Source of the DNA: a virus
Length of the DNA stretch: 64,000 bases
Reading direction: 5' to 3' (one strand)
Virus record (IMG/VR): IMGVR_UViG_3300020048_000058
Below, one piece after another: positions 52,173 to 61,684 of this stretch. Each line of letters opens with the position of its first letter. Within the stretch, counting starts at the first letter, position 1. The position numbers and the translations under genes are program-made. Under the pieces are notes generated by a model. The model did no database searches, was not told the DNA's origin, and was given only the letters and a program-made list of their open reading frames with translations.

Positions 52173-54557
52173 ATGCCAAATATATCAGGAAAGTATAATT
52201 TTAAGACAAGAGTTGGCAATACACCTGAATGTGTTTTTTTATATAAAAAACTTCAGGATACGACAAGGGCTTTCAACTACCAAACCGATATTAAGACCTA
52301 TCAACTATCTCATATTGTGGGGGGAGTCAATGACGGTAGACCCCATTATGCTGTTGTTGAACTACCCGACAATACAGGGGATTATGACTCAGTTTCAGAC
52401 GCAAAGAACCGAAAAAGAACGGCGAAAAAAAAGGATGCGCCATGTGTCGCCCCAGACGCAGGAGATGACGGTTCGAGTGCCGAAGATAGAAGGGTTGTTA
52501 CAGTATTGTGGACTATTCGACACAGAGATTATATTCCCCCAACTGGGTTAATAGGAAAACTGGCGGGTTGGTGTGGTGCAACATCTGGACACCCTTATTA
52601 CACAGAAGCAGAGTTAATGGCTTTAAATCCGACCCCACTGACTAAAGCTACTTATGCTTTTTTTAATAAATATTTCTCAGCGGCTCAAGTAGCTTTTGAG
52701 GGATATAAACCCTATCTTCCTGTTGATAAAGCAGTATTTTGTCATGATATACCCGCAAATGTAGGTGGGCAAGTTTCTTATATGTTAGATGTTCAATGGA
52801 ATAAGCTAGGATTTAAACCAGAAAGAATCTCTGCATCCGATGGCTTGTTTTATGGGGAGGGACTTAATATGAATACTGACCTTCCATCCCCTTATGAAAA
52901 TTGGGCAGACTTCTTTGAAGGATACGACGCAACTCCCGTGACTGCCCGGCTAACAGCAATTCATCAACCTGTATCTGGAAACGAATTGTTTGCTACAAAT
53001 GACTGTGGCAGTGATTCTCTTGACGGTTGGTGGCTTTATGATTATTCATCAGGCGATAAGCAGACTGTTCAGATTAGAGGCATAAATGCTATCAATGAAT
53101 ATGACGCTGATAGGGAGTTTATTTGTTGGCGTGGCAGGATTGCCGACTACGGGGCTTGGGTTGCCTATATGAACACCATGCTAGAGTTTTGGGGCGTGCT
53201 AGATAACGACAGGGCTGAGTTAAAGCTCGTTGTATCTATGGCTGACAACGCTGTGGGTGGTAGTTGTGTTATTGGTGGTGCTGGAGGTGGTGCTGGTTAC
53301 GCACCCGACCCCACACCTCCAATAACTCCATTAATAGGATCAGCAACATTTCACGGGCGCTATTGTGATATTTTTGTTAACTATCAAAAGAACGGAATAG
53401 TTAAAGAATTAAAATTACCAATAGATTTTCCAACTCGTGTAACCCATGTTAGTTACAGTGAGAACAAATTTTATGACACAAGTTATCCCAGAGAATCACC
53501 AGGTCAAAGAATTGAAAAACCTTATTTTGCGGAGTGGTTTTCAGGTCGAGTAAATATTGATAAAAACAATATTTATGTTGATATTATTTATGAGATTTAT
53601 CGAGAATATGAAGACGGGAAAAAGATATTTCCTAATGGCCCCTCATCGGGATTATCGTCGAATTCTCATAATACTTGGCCAGAACGACCGGGAATAATAA
53701 GTCGATGGAATGAAATAAATAGAAACAGTCAAGGGTCTCTAACTGGTATTGATAGTTCAACGGGGAGCGATGAAGATTATCTAGCCTGTCTTCTTGAACA
53801 AAACACTGAACAAGTTTTCGCGCGACCAACTAGAGATAAGTTCAACAAAACAGTTCGCTATACTATAGACAAAAATAGTTTTTCAATCATTAACACCCAA
53901 ACATTTACAGGAAATCACCAAGAAACCGACAACTTATTTACAGATAATTTCTTAAAGAAAAATACAATATTAGATATTTCTGGTTTAGCAGGATATAAAA
54001 AATATAATTCCACTGGGAGCTATACAAGCAATGAAGATCCTACTCCTATTATTTTAAACACATCAGCAAATCATCAAGGGTTTGTTGGATTGCCTAAACC
54101 TTATTTTCAGGTTAGCTGTAATCCAGTTAATTTTTCAGTAACAAACCAATGGATTGAGTCACCTTTTAAGTTTAATCCCTTACGGGACTATTCTTGCCTT
54201 GTTGCCAATGACTTTCTAACGTTGAAATCTAACTGGGACGATATCTGTTGGTTGTTTTATTTGATGATGGAACAGCCTTATATAGACAGGACTAAACCAA
54301 CAACTCCGATTCAGTTCAATCAAAGATGTCAATTAAAAGGTGCAGGATACAAAGCAAACACAAATAAATATTATCTTTCTTATAATGAAACAAACGAGGG
54401 TTTAGCTAAAGGTTTAGGGGTTGCCCCTGGTTTCTTTGACCTCTATATTGAACATGAGAGAATGCGGGGTTATCCGGTTGTAAAGGATGGTAAAATTACT
54501 AGATGGTTAAGAATTAGTCCCGATTCTTTTCCACTATTTGAGCCGGGTGGTATTTAA
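52173..54557 (+). CDS. large hypothetical protein (794 aa), possibly structural
   Basis: Long ORF, contiguous with its neighbours. No motif recognised. Confidence 0.5.
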   Translation: MPNISGKYNFKTRVGNTPECVFLYKKLQDTTRAFNYQTDIKTYQLSHIVGGVNDGRPHYAVVELPDNTGDYDSVSDAKNRKRTAKKKDAPCVAPDAGDDGSSAEDRRVVTVLWTIRHRDYIPPTGLIGKLAGWCGATSGHPYYTEAELMALNPTPLTKATYAFFNKYFSAAQVAFEGYKPYLPVDKAVFCHDIPANVGGQVSYMLDVQWNKLGFKPERISASDGLFYGEGLNMNTDLPSPYENWADFFEGYDATPVTARLTAIHQPVSGNELFATNDCGSDSLDGWWLYDYSSGDKQTVQIRGINAINEYDADREFICWRGRIADYGAWVAYMNTMLEFWGVLDNDRAELKLVVSMADNAVGGSCVIGGAGGGAGYAPDPTPPITPLIGSATFHGRYCDIFVNYQKNGIVKELKLPIDFPTRVTHVSYSENKFYDTSYPRESPGQRIEKPYFAEWFSGRVNIDKNNIYVDIIYEIYREYEDGKKIFPNGPSSGLSSNSHNTWPERPGIISRWNEINRNSQGSLTGIDSSTGSDEDYLACLLEQNTEQVFARPTRDKFNKTVRYTIDKNSFSIINTQTFTGNHQETDNLFTDNFLKKNTILDISGLAGYKKYNSTGSYTSNEDPTPIILNTSANHQGFVGLPKPYFQVSCNPVNFSVTNQWIESPFKFNPLRDYSCLVANDFLTLKSNWDDICWLFYLMMEQPYIDRTKPTTPIQFNQRCQLKGAGYKANTNKYYLSYNETNEGLAKGLGVAPGFFDLYIEHERMRGYPVVKDGKITRWLRISPDSFPLFEPGGI

Positions 54558-54571
54558 TTATAGGAGTTAAA

Positions 54572-55150
54572 ATGACTGGTATTAATCGCTCAATGTTTGA
54601 AGATGAGAAGTATTTTGGGAAGTCATTGTTTAGGAGTTTCACCTATCTTGGTATAACCCCTGATAATACCACAATTCCCGAAGACGTTAATGGTGATTTA
54701 TTTGATTGTTACTATGCCAGCAATACACTTTACTTTTTAAACAGTAAAGAAAAAATAAATATGGGGATTGAGATATTTGACTTTACAAGGACTGATGATG
54801 TAGAGAATAAACTAGCTATCAACAGCAAGAAAACAATCAATGTAGTGATAGAGGGTTTGGGGATTCCTGCTAATTTCACTAAAGAAATAAAATTAGACCC
54901 AACAATTCATCCATTTAGAAAAATGTTCACGGGGGGTAATTATGGGGCTAGATATGGGGAAAATCCGGTTAACACAATCCCATCTTCTAGTTATCAGGTA
55001 GAGAGGGTTAATCTGGGGATATCAGAGTGGGATGATGGCGGTAATAGCTTTGATCGAAGCTATGCTAATGCTAATTACAGAGAATCATGGCTTAACCGAC
55101 TACACGGGGACATTATTGATATGGCTTTCTTTATCGAGACTAACGAATAA
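54572..55150 (+). CDS. hypothetical protein (192 aa)
   Basis: Track ORF with AGGAG upstream. Confidence 0.5.
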   Translation: MTGINRSMFEDEKYFGKSLFRSFTYLGITPDNTTIPEDVNGDLFDCYYASNTLYFLNSKEKINMGIEIFDFTRTDDVENKLAINSKKTINVVIEGLGIPANFTKEIKLDPTIHPFRKMFTGGNYGARYGENPVNTIPSSSYQVERVNLGISEWDDGGNSFDRSYANANYRESWLNRLHGDIIDMAFFIETNE

Positions 55151-55879
55151 ATTTAACTTTTCAAAAGTAGGCATCCGTCGCCCAACTTCTATATCCTCAA
55201 CCCGTAGCCACCAATTACAAAACGATTGGACTTGATGCTGTTCGGCTATTGATATCAACTCCGACCATAGCCCATTACAAATCGCTTTATCGGCAACGGA
55301 TTTATACCAAAGACTCGCCTCAATAAAATGCACGGGAACATCAAACGTCTCAATAATTTTAGGCAATCTGGTTAGGATCACCGGAGCATTATAGGTTTTC
55401 AAATGAGTTTGAATCCCTACCTCTACCGGAAAATCCTTAGCTAATTCGTGGCAGATGTTGGCGATCGCATCCCATTTATTGAATAGGTGGGGTTTGAAAT
55501 CTCCCAAAATTAATCGAGCTTTGGGATTGGCAATATGCGCGGCTTCACAATACCGCTTTAAGTTATCAAGTTTATAACCAGGATAGCCGACACCTAGATC
55601 GTCGGTAAATTCATTTGTTAATACCCATTCATTAATCTTAGGGAATTTTGCAACCCGTTTTTTAATCCATTGTTCTATCGTTTCACAACCGGAAAATGGA
55701 CAGGGCTTTTGATGTTTATGCCCATAAAGGAATTGCGCTCGGATAATTTTATCTGGGAAGTCCAGAGGGTTTTTAGTGCCATTTTTATCGGTGAACAACT
55801 GCCAATGGTAGCCAATCACTACGCCGCCAAACGGTGACAAATCCAAAACCTTTGAACTTCCACAGGTAAATTGAATCAT
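55100..55879 (-). CDS. TIM-barrel glycoside hydrolase-like protein (GH10-like motifs)
   Basis: WVLTNEF, GIQTHL and HFIEASL parallel the GH10 motifs WDVVNE, GxQxH and ITELD. Assignment is by motif only. Confidence 0.45.
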   Translation of the reverse strand: MIQFTCGSSKVLDLSPFGGVVIGYHWQLFTDKNGTKNPLDFPDKIIRAQFLYGHKHQKPCPFSGCETIEQWIKKRVAKFPKINEWVLTNEFTDDLGVGYPGYKLDNLKRYCEAAHIANPKARLILGDFKPHLFNKWDAIANICHELAKDFPVEVGIQTHLKTYNAPVILTRLPKIIETFDVPVHFIEASLWYKSVADKAICNGLWSELISIAEQHQVQSFCNWWLRVEDIEVGRRMPTFEKLNLFVSLDKESHINNVPV

Positions 55880-56361
55880 TAACTAGATCCCTCTCCTGCT
55901 ACCCACCCCCCGTTAAAGGCCCGATATAAAATCCCTGTCGAGGTATCTCGCCACGTCTCTCTCGCACTATTTGGAGTCTTAGAAACACTTGCAGGGGTGT
56001 CAGTGTGTACGCGCATTCTGGCATCTGTCTCTACCCATGCCGTGCCGTTGTAGATGTATGAGATGACTGAATCATAGTTATTGACCGCCCCATTCTCTTG
56101 ATATATCCAACGGGTTCCAATCGCAGCCGCCCCCGTTGGCGTGGTAGTGGCGACAACCGTAGAATCCCTGGATATAAACCATCTACCCCCGCCCGTTGCC
56201 GTGAAGCAACTTTTACTATTTGCTGTTGAAGTCGTGTCGGTTTTAGCTAATGCTAACCAAACTTTTTCAGCAGAGGCATAGAAGACAATTCCATCCTCTA
56301 AATCAGTAACACTTAAAGCCGTGATTGTGGCTATATTCGCCTTTGAACCCATCCAAACCAT
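55879..56361 (-). CDS. hypothetical protein with fibre-like motifs (160 aa)
   Basis: GTRWIYQENG...YIYNGTAWVE and TGILYRAFNGGWV resemble the YRWSGSVYVE motif of the tail fibre. Confidence 0.4.
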   Translation of the reverse strand: MVWMGSKANIATITALSVTDLEDGIVFYASAEKVWLALAKTDTTSTANSKSCFTATGGGRWFISRDSTVVATTTPTGAAAIGTRWIYQENGAVNNYDSVISYIYNGTAWVETDARMRVHTDTPASVSKTPNSARETWRDTSTGILYRAFNGGWVAGEGSS

Positions 56362-56365
56362 TATC

Positions 56366-56728
56366 TTAAATCTCCGCTACGGTTAAATCTAAAAACACCG
56401 ATACATCCCCAATACTCGCACTATTCCAATCATTTATTAATCCAGAGTTCCAATTATCAATTCCATGCAAATCCCAAACTAAATTAACAGGGGTGTCACT
56501 CGCCCAAATTTGGAGAGCTTGACCCGTAGTTAGCAAGATTTTAGTCTGCAACTGGAATGGAAAACCCTGGTCAATTTTGGCGTTAACCAGGAAGGGTTTT
56601 ACTGTGAGGTAGGCATCTACTGATGTCAGGTTAGATGCTATTCCACCGATAACCATTGTGTCCTGAGTTGGGGTGAACAGTGTTGTCGGCTGGTTTATTC
56701 GTTGCCTAATTGATTGTGCGATCGCCAT
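56366..56728 (-). CDS. hypothetical protein (120 aa)
   Basis: Track ORF. Confidence 0.45.
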   Translation of the reverse strand: MAIAQSIRQRINQPTTLFTPTQDTMVIGGIASNLTSVDAYLTVKPFLVNAKIDQGFPFQLQTKILLTTGQALQIWASDTPVNLVWDLHGIDNWNSGLINDWNSASIGDVSVFLDLTVAEI

Positions 56729-56793
56729 ATTTTGTTAGCACTTAGAACTGTTTATATTATATAATAAAACAATAGTTTTGTGCTGATTAAATT

Positions 56794-57027
56794 ATGATTA
56801 ATACTCAAGAACTAGAGAGTGCGATCACCATTGTGGAAAAATGGTTAATCCCTCAATTCCTAGGAAAGAGGGCAGTATTTATCTATCCCTCTAAAGCTCA
56901 GAAGGATTTGGGATTGAGTGAAAAAGTATTCTGGTTTGCAATTTTTACTTTAGTTGAGCAGCAGAAAATCAGCTTAGGTGAAAACGATTATATGGCAATT
57001 TATCCGGCTGCAATTGTATTGACCTAG
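56794..57027 (+). CDS. hypothetical protein (77 aa)
   Basis: Track ORF. Confidence 0.4.
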   Translation: MINTQELESAITIVEKWLIPQFLGKRAVFIYPSKAQKDLGLSEKVFWFAIFTLVEQQKISLGENDYMAIYPAAIVLT

Positions 57028-57093
57028 AAAAATTATCCCCACGATGTTTTACCACATCTGGGGACTTGAGTAAACCTATATAACAGGCTACTG

Positions 57094-57525
57094 ATGGACA
57101 AAGATAACACGGAAAAATATAATCCGCGCTGCTTAACTTGCGGTGGGAAGATGTGGAAGTCTGGGATAACGCCAACCGGAAAACAAAAGTATTTCTGCAA
57201 TCCCTGTTGGTTACGGAATCGAAAATCCAATGAAGCCAAGAAAAACCCGCCATGTCCAAAGTGCGGACACAAGATGAAAAAAAACGGGGTTCATTCGGAC
57301 GGTAGACAAAAGTGGCGCTGTACACCCTGCGGAGCGTCCCAAATTTCAGATCCCAAACCAGAGGGGCGACCGAGAATCCATGAGAAAATCACAACCTCAG
57401 ACCCCAAGCCCGTAGGGAGGCCGAGAATCTATCCAGGTCGGAATCTGACCGATGCCGAATCATATCTCAGACATAAGAAGAAAAAAGCTATGTTGGCACT
57501 CAAGGAAAAGTTTGGGACTGATTAA
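57094..57525 (+). CDS. DNA-binding protein with two InsA-like zinc ribbons and two AT-hook-like repeats
   Basis: CLTCGGKMWKSG...KYFCNPC and CPKCGHKMKKNG...KWRCTPC, followed by DPKPEGRPRI and DPKPVGRPRI. Confidence 0.55.
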   Translation: MDKDNTEKYNPRCLTCGGKMWKSGITPTGKQKYFCNPCWLRNRKSNEAKKNPPCPKCGHKMKKNGVHSDGRQKWRCTPCGASQISDPKPEGRPRIHEKITTSDPKPVGRPRIYPGRNLTDAESYLRHKKKKAMLALKEKFGTD

Positions 57526-57601
57526 ATTGTTATAATAATAAATGTCCCCGCAATGTTTCCGCATTCGGGGACGTGAGTTCACCTAGTACCGAGGTTCACT
57601 A

Positions 57602-58078
57602 ATGAACAATATTATCGCATCGAGCTACAATAATTTCGCTATCTCCAAAAGAGAATCTGATGGTTGGGTTAACCTGACTCAGATGTGTAAAGCCAACGGA
57701 GTCAAGTTTAACGATTTCTTACGCCTCAAATCGACAAAAGCCTACATCTCAAGCATGGCAGCCGATACGGGGAAACCCGCTTCGGGAATTATCGAGGTTA
57801 AGAAGGGGGGAGATCCTAAATTACAGGGTAGTTGGGGAGATCCTGAAATCGCTATTTTGTTGGCTCAGTGGATCAGTCCTGAGTTTCATCGGTGGTGTAA
57901 TGCCCATATCTTTGTTTTGATGTCAGACGGCAAAACTTCCCTAGACATTGACCCGTTTGAAAGAATGCAGGAAATTTTTGCAGACCTCAGACTTGACCTA
58001 GATGATTCAAACTCGATTGATGACCGCTTCTACGATATCGAGGCTTATTCTAGCTGGTCTATTGAGTCAGGGAATTAA
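57602..58078 (+). CDS. KilA-N domain protein
   Basis: DGWVNLTQMCKANGVKFNDFLRLKSTKAYI...LQGSWGDPEIAILLAQWISPEF fits the KilA-N pattern. Confidence 0.7.
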   Translation: MNNIIASSYNNFAISKRESDGWVNLTQMCKANGVKFNDFLRLKSTKAYISSMAADTGKPASGIIEVKKGGDPKLQGSWGDPEIAILLAQWISPEFHRWCNAHIFVLMSDGKTSLDIDPFERMQEIFADLRLDLDDSNSIDDRFYDIEAYSSWSIESGN

Positions 58079-58102
58079 GCGATCGCCACATAACAACCAA
58101 AA

Positions 58103-58129
58103 GGCACGGAGTCAAAACCCGTGTTTTTT
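58103..58129 (+). terminator. intrinsic terminator
   Basis: GGCACGG-agtcaaaac-CCGTG followed by TTTTTT. Confidence 0.6.
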
Positions 58130-58239
58130 GGTGTCTAATCCAGTCCTAAAAAGAATTTTAGGTTACCTATTGACAAACCTAAAACGTTGATGTTATAACT
58201 AGATCAAGGTAAAAACACAACGCACAGAGGAAAAACGGT

Positions 58240-58410
58240 ATGTCAGTTGATGGATTAAACGCAGGACAGGTCAATAAATTTGTAGCTTGTTTCGAGCTAC
58301 AAAACCTAAGACTAGAAGACGGCTACTGGGTTGCGAACGACGGCGAATACCTTTACACCATTACAGCCGAAAAATACTGGGCAGCACTAAATGAAGGGGA
58401 TCTGAGTTAG
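58240..58410 (+). CDS. small hypothetical protein (56 aa)
   Basis: GAGG upstream. Followed by the hairpin AGCCCGTGC-aacttgta-GCACGGGCT. It falls below the track cutoff. Confidence 0.35.
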   Translation: MSVDGLNAGQVNKFVACFELQNLRLEDGYWVANDGEYLYTITAEKYWAALNEGDLS

Positions 58411-58480
58411 CAATCAATAACAGCCCGTGCAACTTGTAGCACGGGCTGGCAACCATTAAACAACAACACAGGAACACGAC

Positions 58481-58798
58481 ATGAACGAACTAACACTAGA
58501 AGACTTGGTATCTGAAACCGATGATTTTGAACCCGAAGCTATTGAACTGGTATTAAATCGCGTTGATGAATATGATGTTTTGGGTTTTGGTATTAACTGT
58601 GTTGACTGGGAAGTTATAGGTACTGGCAACAGCAAACAGGTCGGAGTTTTATTTGACATGAAAAACGACCGATATGGCTACTACACCGATAATGGTCAAA
58701 CCGTCCTGATTAAGCTAGATAAAACCTATAACTCTTTATCCGATTGGGGTAACTGTTGGGATGATTGCCCTGAAGTGTTGCAGTCAACAGATGAGTAA
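58481..58798 (+). CDS. hypothetical acidic protein (105 aa)
   Basis: Track ORF. Confidence 0.45.
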   Translation: MNELTLEDLVSETDDFEPEAIELVLNRVDEYDVLGFGINCVDWEVIGTGNSKQVGVLFDMKNDRYGYYTDNGQTVLIKLDKTYNSLSDWGNCWDDCPEVLQSTDE

Positions 58799-58985
58799 AT
58801 ACATCGGGCGGGGTGGCTCTTACCCCAATGGTGGCAGAAAGCTACAGGGTGACTCTAAAAGGGTGACAGTTAGTATCTGTATAGAATCTGACCTACTAAC
58901 TAAACTCGATACCCTGGTAGCTCAGGGAATGGAGAGTAGGAGCGATATTGTTAATCGACTGCTACGGGAAATCAAAACACACTAA
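58791..58985 (+). CDS. ribbon-helix-helix (CopG-like) protein (64 aa)
   Basis: KRVTVSICIESDLLTKLDTLVAQGMESRSDIVNRLLRE. Start set at the ATG at 58791. Confidence 0.5.
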   Translation: MSKYIGRGGSYPNGGRKLQGDSKRVTVSICIESDLLTKLDTLVAQGMESRSDIVNRLLREIKTH

Positions 58986-59005
58986 CAACTTTAAGGATTA
59001 AAAAC

Positions 59006-59215
59006 ATGACCACTAAAACTGTATACGAGACTGTTAATTATTCAGTAAGTCGCTCCAATAGTTTAGAGCCTGATTTAAAACATCGTTTTATTATTTATGA
59101 CAAACAAGCTAAAGCCCTAGTAGCTAATCGTGACATGAATAATAAATGGTTGAGCGTTTACAAAGGTCTTGAGCAAGATGCTATAGCAAAAGTCAATGAA
59201 TTAGAAAACAAATAA
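59006..59215 (+). CDS. hypothetical protein (69 aa)
   Basis: Track ORF. Confidence 0.4.
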   Translation: MTTKTVYETVNYSVSRSNSLEPDLKHRFIIYDKQAKALVANRDMNNKWLSVYKGLEQDAIAKVNELENK

Positions 59216-59240
59216 ACAGCGATCGCACTCCCAATAATAC

Positions 59241-59274
59241 AAAAAAGCCTAGGATTCAACCCCTAGGCTTTTTG
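59241..59274. terminator. bidirectional intrinsic terminator
   Basis: AAAAAA-AGCCTAGG-attcaacc-CCTAGGCT-TTTT between convergent genes. Confidence 0.75.
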
Positions 59275-59289
59275 CTATTTCACCCTACC

Positions 59290-60123
59290 CTACACCGCCA
59301 AAACATCTACAACAGATTCAAACCATTGCAAGTGTTGACGGGTTGCGTCCTTAATCCCCTTCTGTGCGGCGAGTAACAGTTTGGAGAACTCAGAACCTTT
59401 TGGAGTTGGCAACCAAGCCGGATCTTTCCCGTGAGGGTTTGGGGTTTGCAATCCATTCTCAGCTAATAGTTTATTAACTCGTTGTGCCGAGTGTTTAACA
59501 CCAGTGCGCTGTTCTAAAATTAATCCGAGTTCCGTGGGCGTGAGAAGTTTTCCCTCAACTTCGACTGTTAGATGTTTTTTAGCTTCTTCCATCGCAGGAG
59601 CCAACGCCGGATAAGTTTTAGCGATATTGTTGGCAATAATCCCTGAGACAAGTGTTGGGTCAACATTGGTAGGTCGGAAGACTGCCATAATCGCATCACT
59701 AATCAACTGAGGTGAGGGTTTATCCAACAGGTTCATCCCACCAGTGGACTTAGAATATTTTAATTCCTTTTCGCACCGGAGGAAATATTGTCGAGTTGTC
59801 TTCCCTTGTTCCGTTCCCGCCATCATCCCCAACGCTTTGAAACAATCAACAGTTAAGAAGATTGACTCAGTACGAGAAGCGGTCAAACCGTTACTGTGAG
59901 CGACACTCATCCACTTGGATAAGTAGTCTTCACCTTCCTCAAAGTTGCGAGTTAGCTTCTTTTTGGCAGATTGCTTACTAGAATATCCTAACCATTGCCA
60001 AGCGTCTTCAAAATCAACGGGGTATTCTTTACCGGAACCGAGTAAACTTAAAGCTAGTTCTTTGCTAAAATCAATCATTGTGATCCTGTTAGTTAGGTTT
60101 ACAGCCCTTGGGTGTTGATGCAC
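59290..60123 (-). CDS. antirepressor-like protein (KilAC-type C-terminal region)
   Basis: N-terminus EYPVDFEDAWQWLGYSSKQSAKKKL, and C-terminus LLTPTELGLILEQRTGVKHSAQRVNKLLAENGLQ. Moderate motif match. Confidence 0.45.
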   Translation of the reverse strand: MHQHPRAVNLTNRITMIDFSKELALSLLGSGKEYPVDFEDAWQWLGYSSKQSAKKKLTRNFEEGEDYLSKWMSVAHSNGLTASRTESIFLTVDCFKALGMMAGTEQGKTTRQYFLRCEKELKYSKSTGGMNLLDKPSPQLISDAIMAVFRPTNVDPTLVSGIIANNIAKTYPALAPAMEEAKKHLTVEVEGKLLTPTELGLILEQRTGVKHSAQRVNKLLAENGLQTPNPHGKDPAWLPTPKGSEFSKLLLAAQKGIKDATRQHLQWFESVVDVLAV

Positions 60124-60168
60124 CGCGAAGGGCGTTTACTATTAATATTATATCACAATTAATATTAA

Positions 60169-61509
60169 TTAATCTGGCAATCTTCCGATTAACTTAGGTT
60201 CAATTCCTGTAAATTTCTCGAATCTTTGTAAGATAATTTCACAGTATGCGGGTGAAAGCTCGAATCCGCAAACTGTGCGATCGCCTTCCATTTTTTGCGC
60301 TGCGATTATTGATATCCCTGAACCGAGAAACGGATCAAAAATCACATCATCAGGCTTGCCATATTTTTCAAAACACCACTCACATAGCGCGACGGGTTTT
60401 TGTGTTGGGTGTACTCGTTTCTCGCCACGCTCAGAGGCTTTTATCATTCCGTTCCATTGGTGTTTAAAAATTCTAACGGCAGATTTGTGATTACACCAAG
60501 CTAATTCAGCGTCAGCAAAGTTTCCGGTGTTTTCCTTATCCCAAACAATCCAACACGATGAAGCTGGGAGAAAATCATAATAGTTTGCACCCCACCAAAA
60601 TTGAATAGAATCAGGGAAAAGTTTGCAAACTTCAAAAGATTTCCTAGCGGTTTCTGTCGTATCATCGCCAATAATAGGAGCATATTTATTAACTTCTACG
60701 ATGTTAGAGGTTCCGACGGAACCTCTAACATCCTTTGACCCAAAAGGCTTGGAACCTCCAACGGTTCCAAGCCTTTTCCTTTCTTGACAATCCTCAATAG
60801 ATGTCCGATTGCACTCACCGCCACCAACGTATCCGTTGGTGGCGACAATACTAATTCCATAGGGACTATCGCTCCAAACCATCCCCACATCCCCAAACCT
60901 ATCCCCCAACAAAGCCCTAACATTCCCCTCAATAGTAGAATCACCCGCGCATATTTTATGTCGTCCTAACTGCCATATTTCACCCAACTTAACCCTAGAT
61001 TCAATCTCATCTACCTTATCCAGAAGCTCGGCAATTTCTTCCTCATCTTCCTCTTTCGGTTCAGAATTGCCAAACCCTTCACCCTTGCCAAACGATTCCA
61101 ATAATTCATTTAATTTATAATCAGGGAAGAACTCACTAAAATCTACCTCTTGAGCTAAATCATTTAAAAGATCAAAATCCCATGTTGAGAAATCAGAAGC
61201 CGTATTATCAGCGATCGCATATTGTTTCCAATCCGACTCTGACAACCCTTTACGCTTAACTGCAACAATCGTATTACCATCGGCTTCTACAACCAAAACC
61301 TTTTCAATCCCTAATTGACCCGCTTCCTCAAAGGTTCCATTACCCGCCCGGATAACGTCATTTTCATCAATAACAATGGAACGGCAAGCCCCAAACTGTT
61401 CTAAGGATTTGGAAATCACCTTAGCTGATAACGGCGTTCTTTTTCGGGCATTATTCGGATCGGGAGTTAGTTTGCTGATATCTGTCTCAGTAATTTTAGG
61501 TTTACTCAT
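60169..61509 (-). CDS. ParB-N domain fused to an N4/N6 DNA methyltransferase
   Basis: N-terminal ParB-like LTPDPNNARKRT. Methylase motifs WSDSPYG and FDPFLGSGISIIAAQ. Confidence 0.75.
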   Translation of the reverse strand: MSKPKITETDISKLTPDPNNARKRTPLSAKVISKSLEQFGACRSIVIDENDVIRAGNGTFEEAGQLGIEKVLVVEADGNTIVAVKRKGLSESDWKQYAIADNTASDFSTWDFDLLNDLAQEVDFSEFFPDYKLNELLESFGKGEGFGNSEPKEEDEEEIAELLDKVDEIESRVKLGEIWQLGRHKICAGDSTIEGNVRALLGDRFGDVGMVWSDSPYGISIVATNGYVGGGECNRTSIEDCQERKRLGTVGGSKPFGSKDVRGSVGTSNIVEVNKYAPIIGDDTTETARKSFEVCKLFPDSIQFWWGANYYDFLPASSCWIVWDKENTGNFADAELAWCNHKSAVRIFKHQWNGMIKASERGEKRVHPTQKPVALCEWCFEKYGKPDDVIFDPFLGSGISIIAAQKMEGDRTVCGFELSPAYCEIILQRFEKFTGIEPKLIGRLPD

Positions 61510-61684
61510 GAGTTTTTTTGTGATGATGTTTAATTTGTTAATTCTAATCTGGAATTATACTTGGATCAAGTTAATAACAGAAGCCGATTCAGGGGTTCGC
61601 TTCCGAGGATTCCGAGGTGTTAATTTTAGGTCGGCAATATCAACTTGTTCGATTTTGGGTTTCGTCATAAATCAATAATATCTT

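Noticed and set aside
57094-57525. IS1-type insertion sequences, suggested by InsA-like zinc ribbons here and at 19939-20130.
   Set aside because: There is no InsB or transposase domain, no frameshift site and no terminal inverted repeats. These look like stand-alone DNA-binding proteins.
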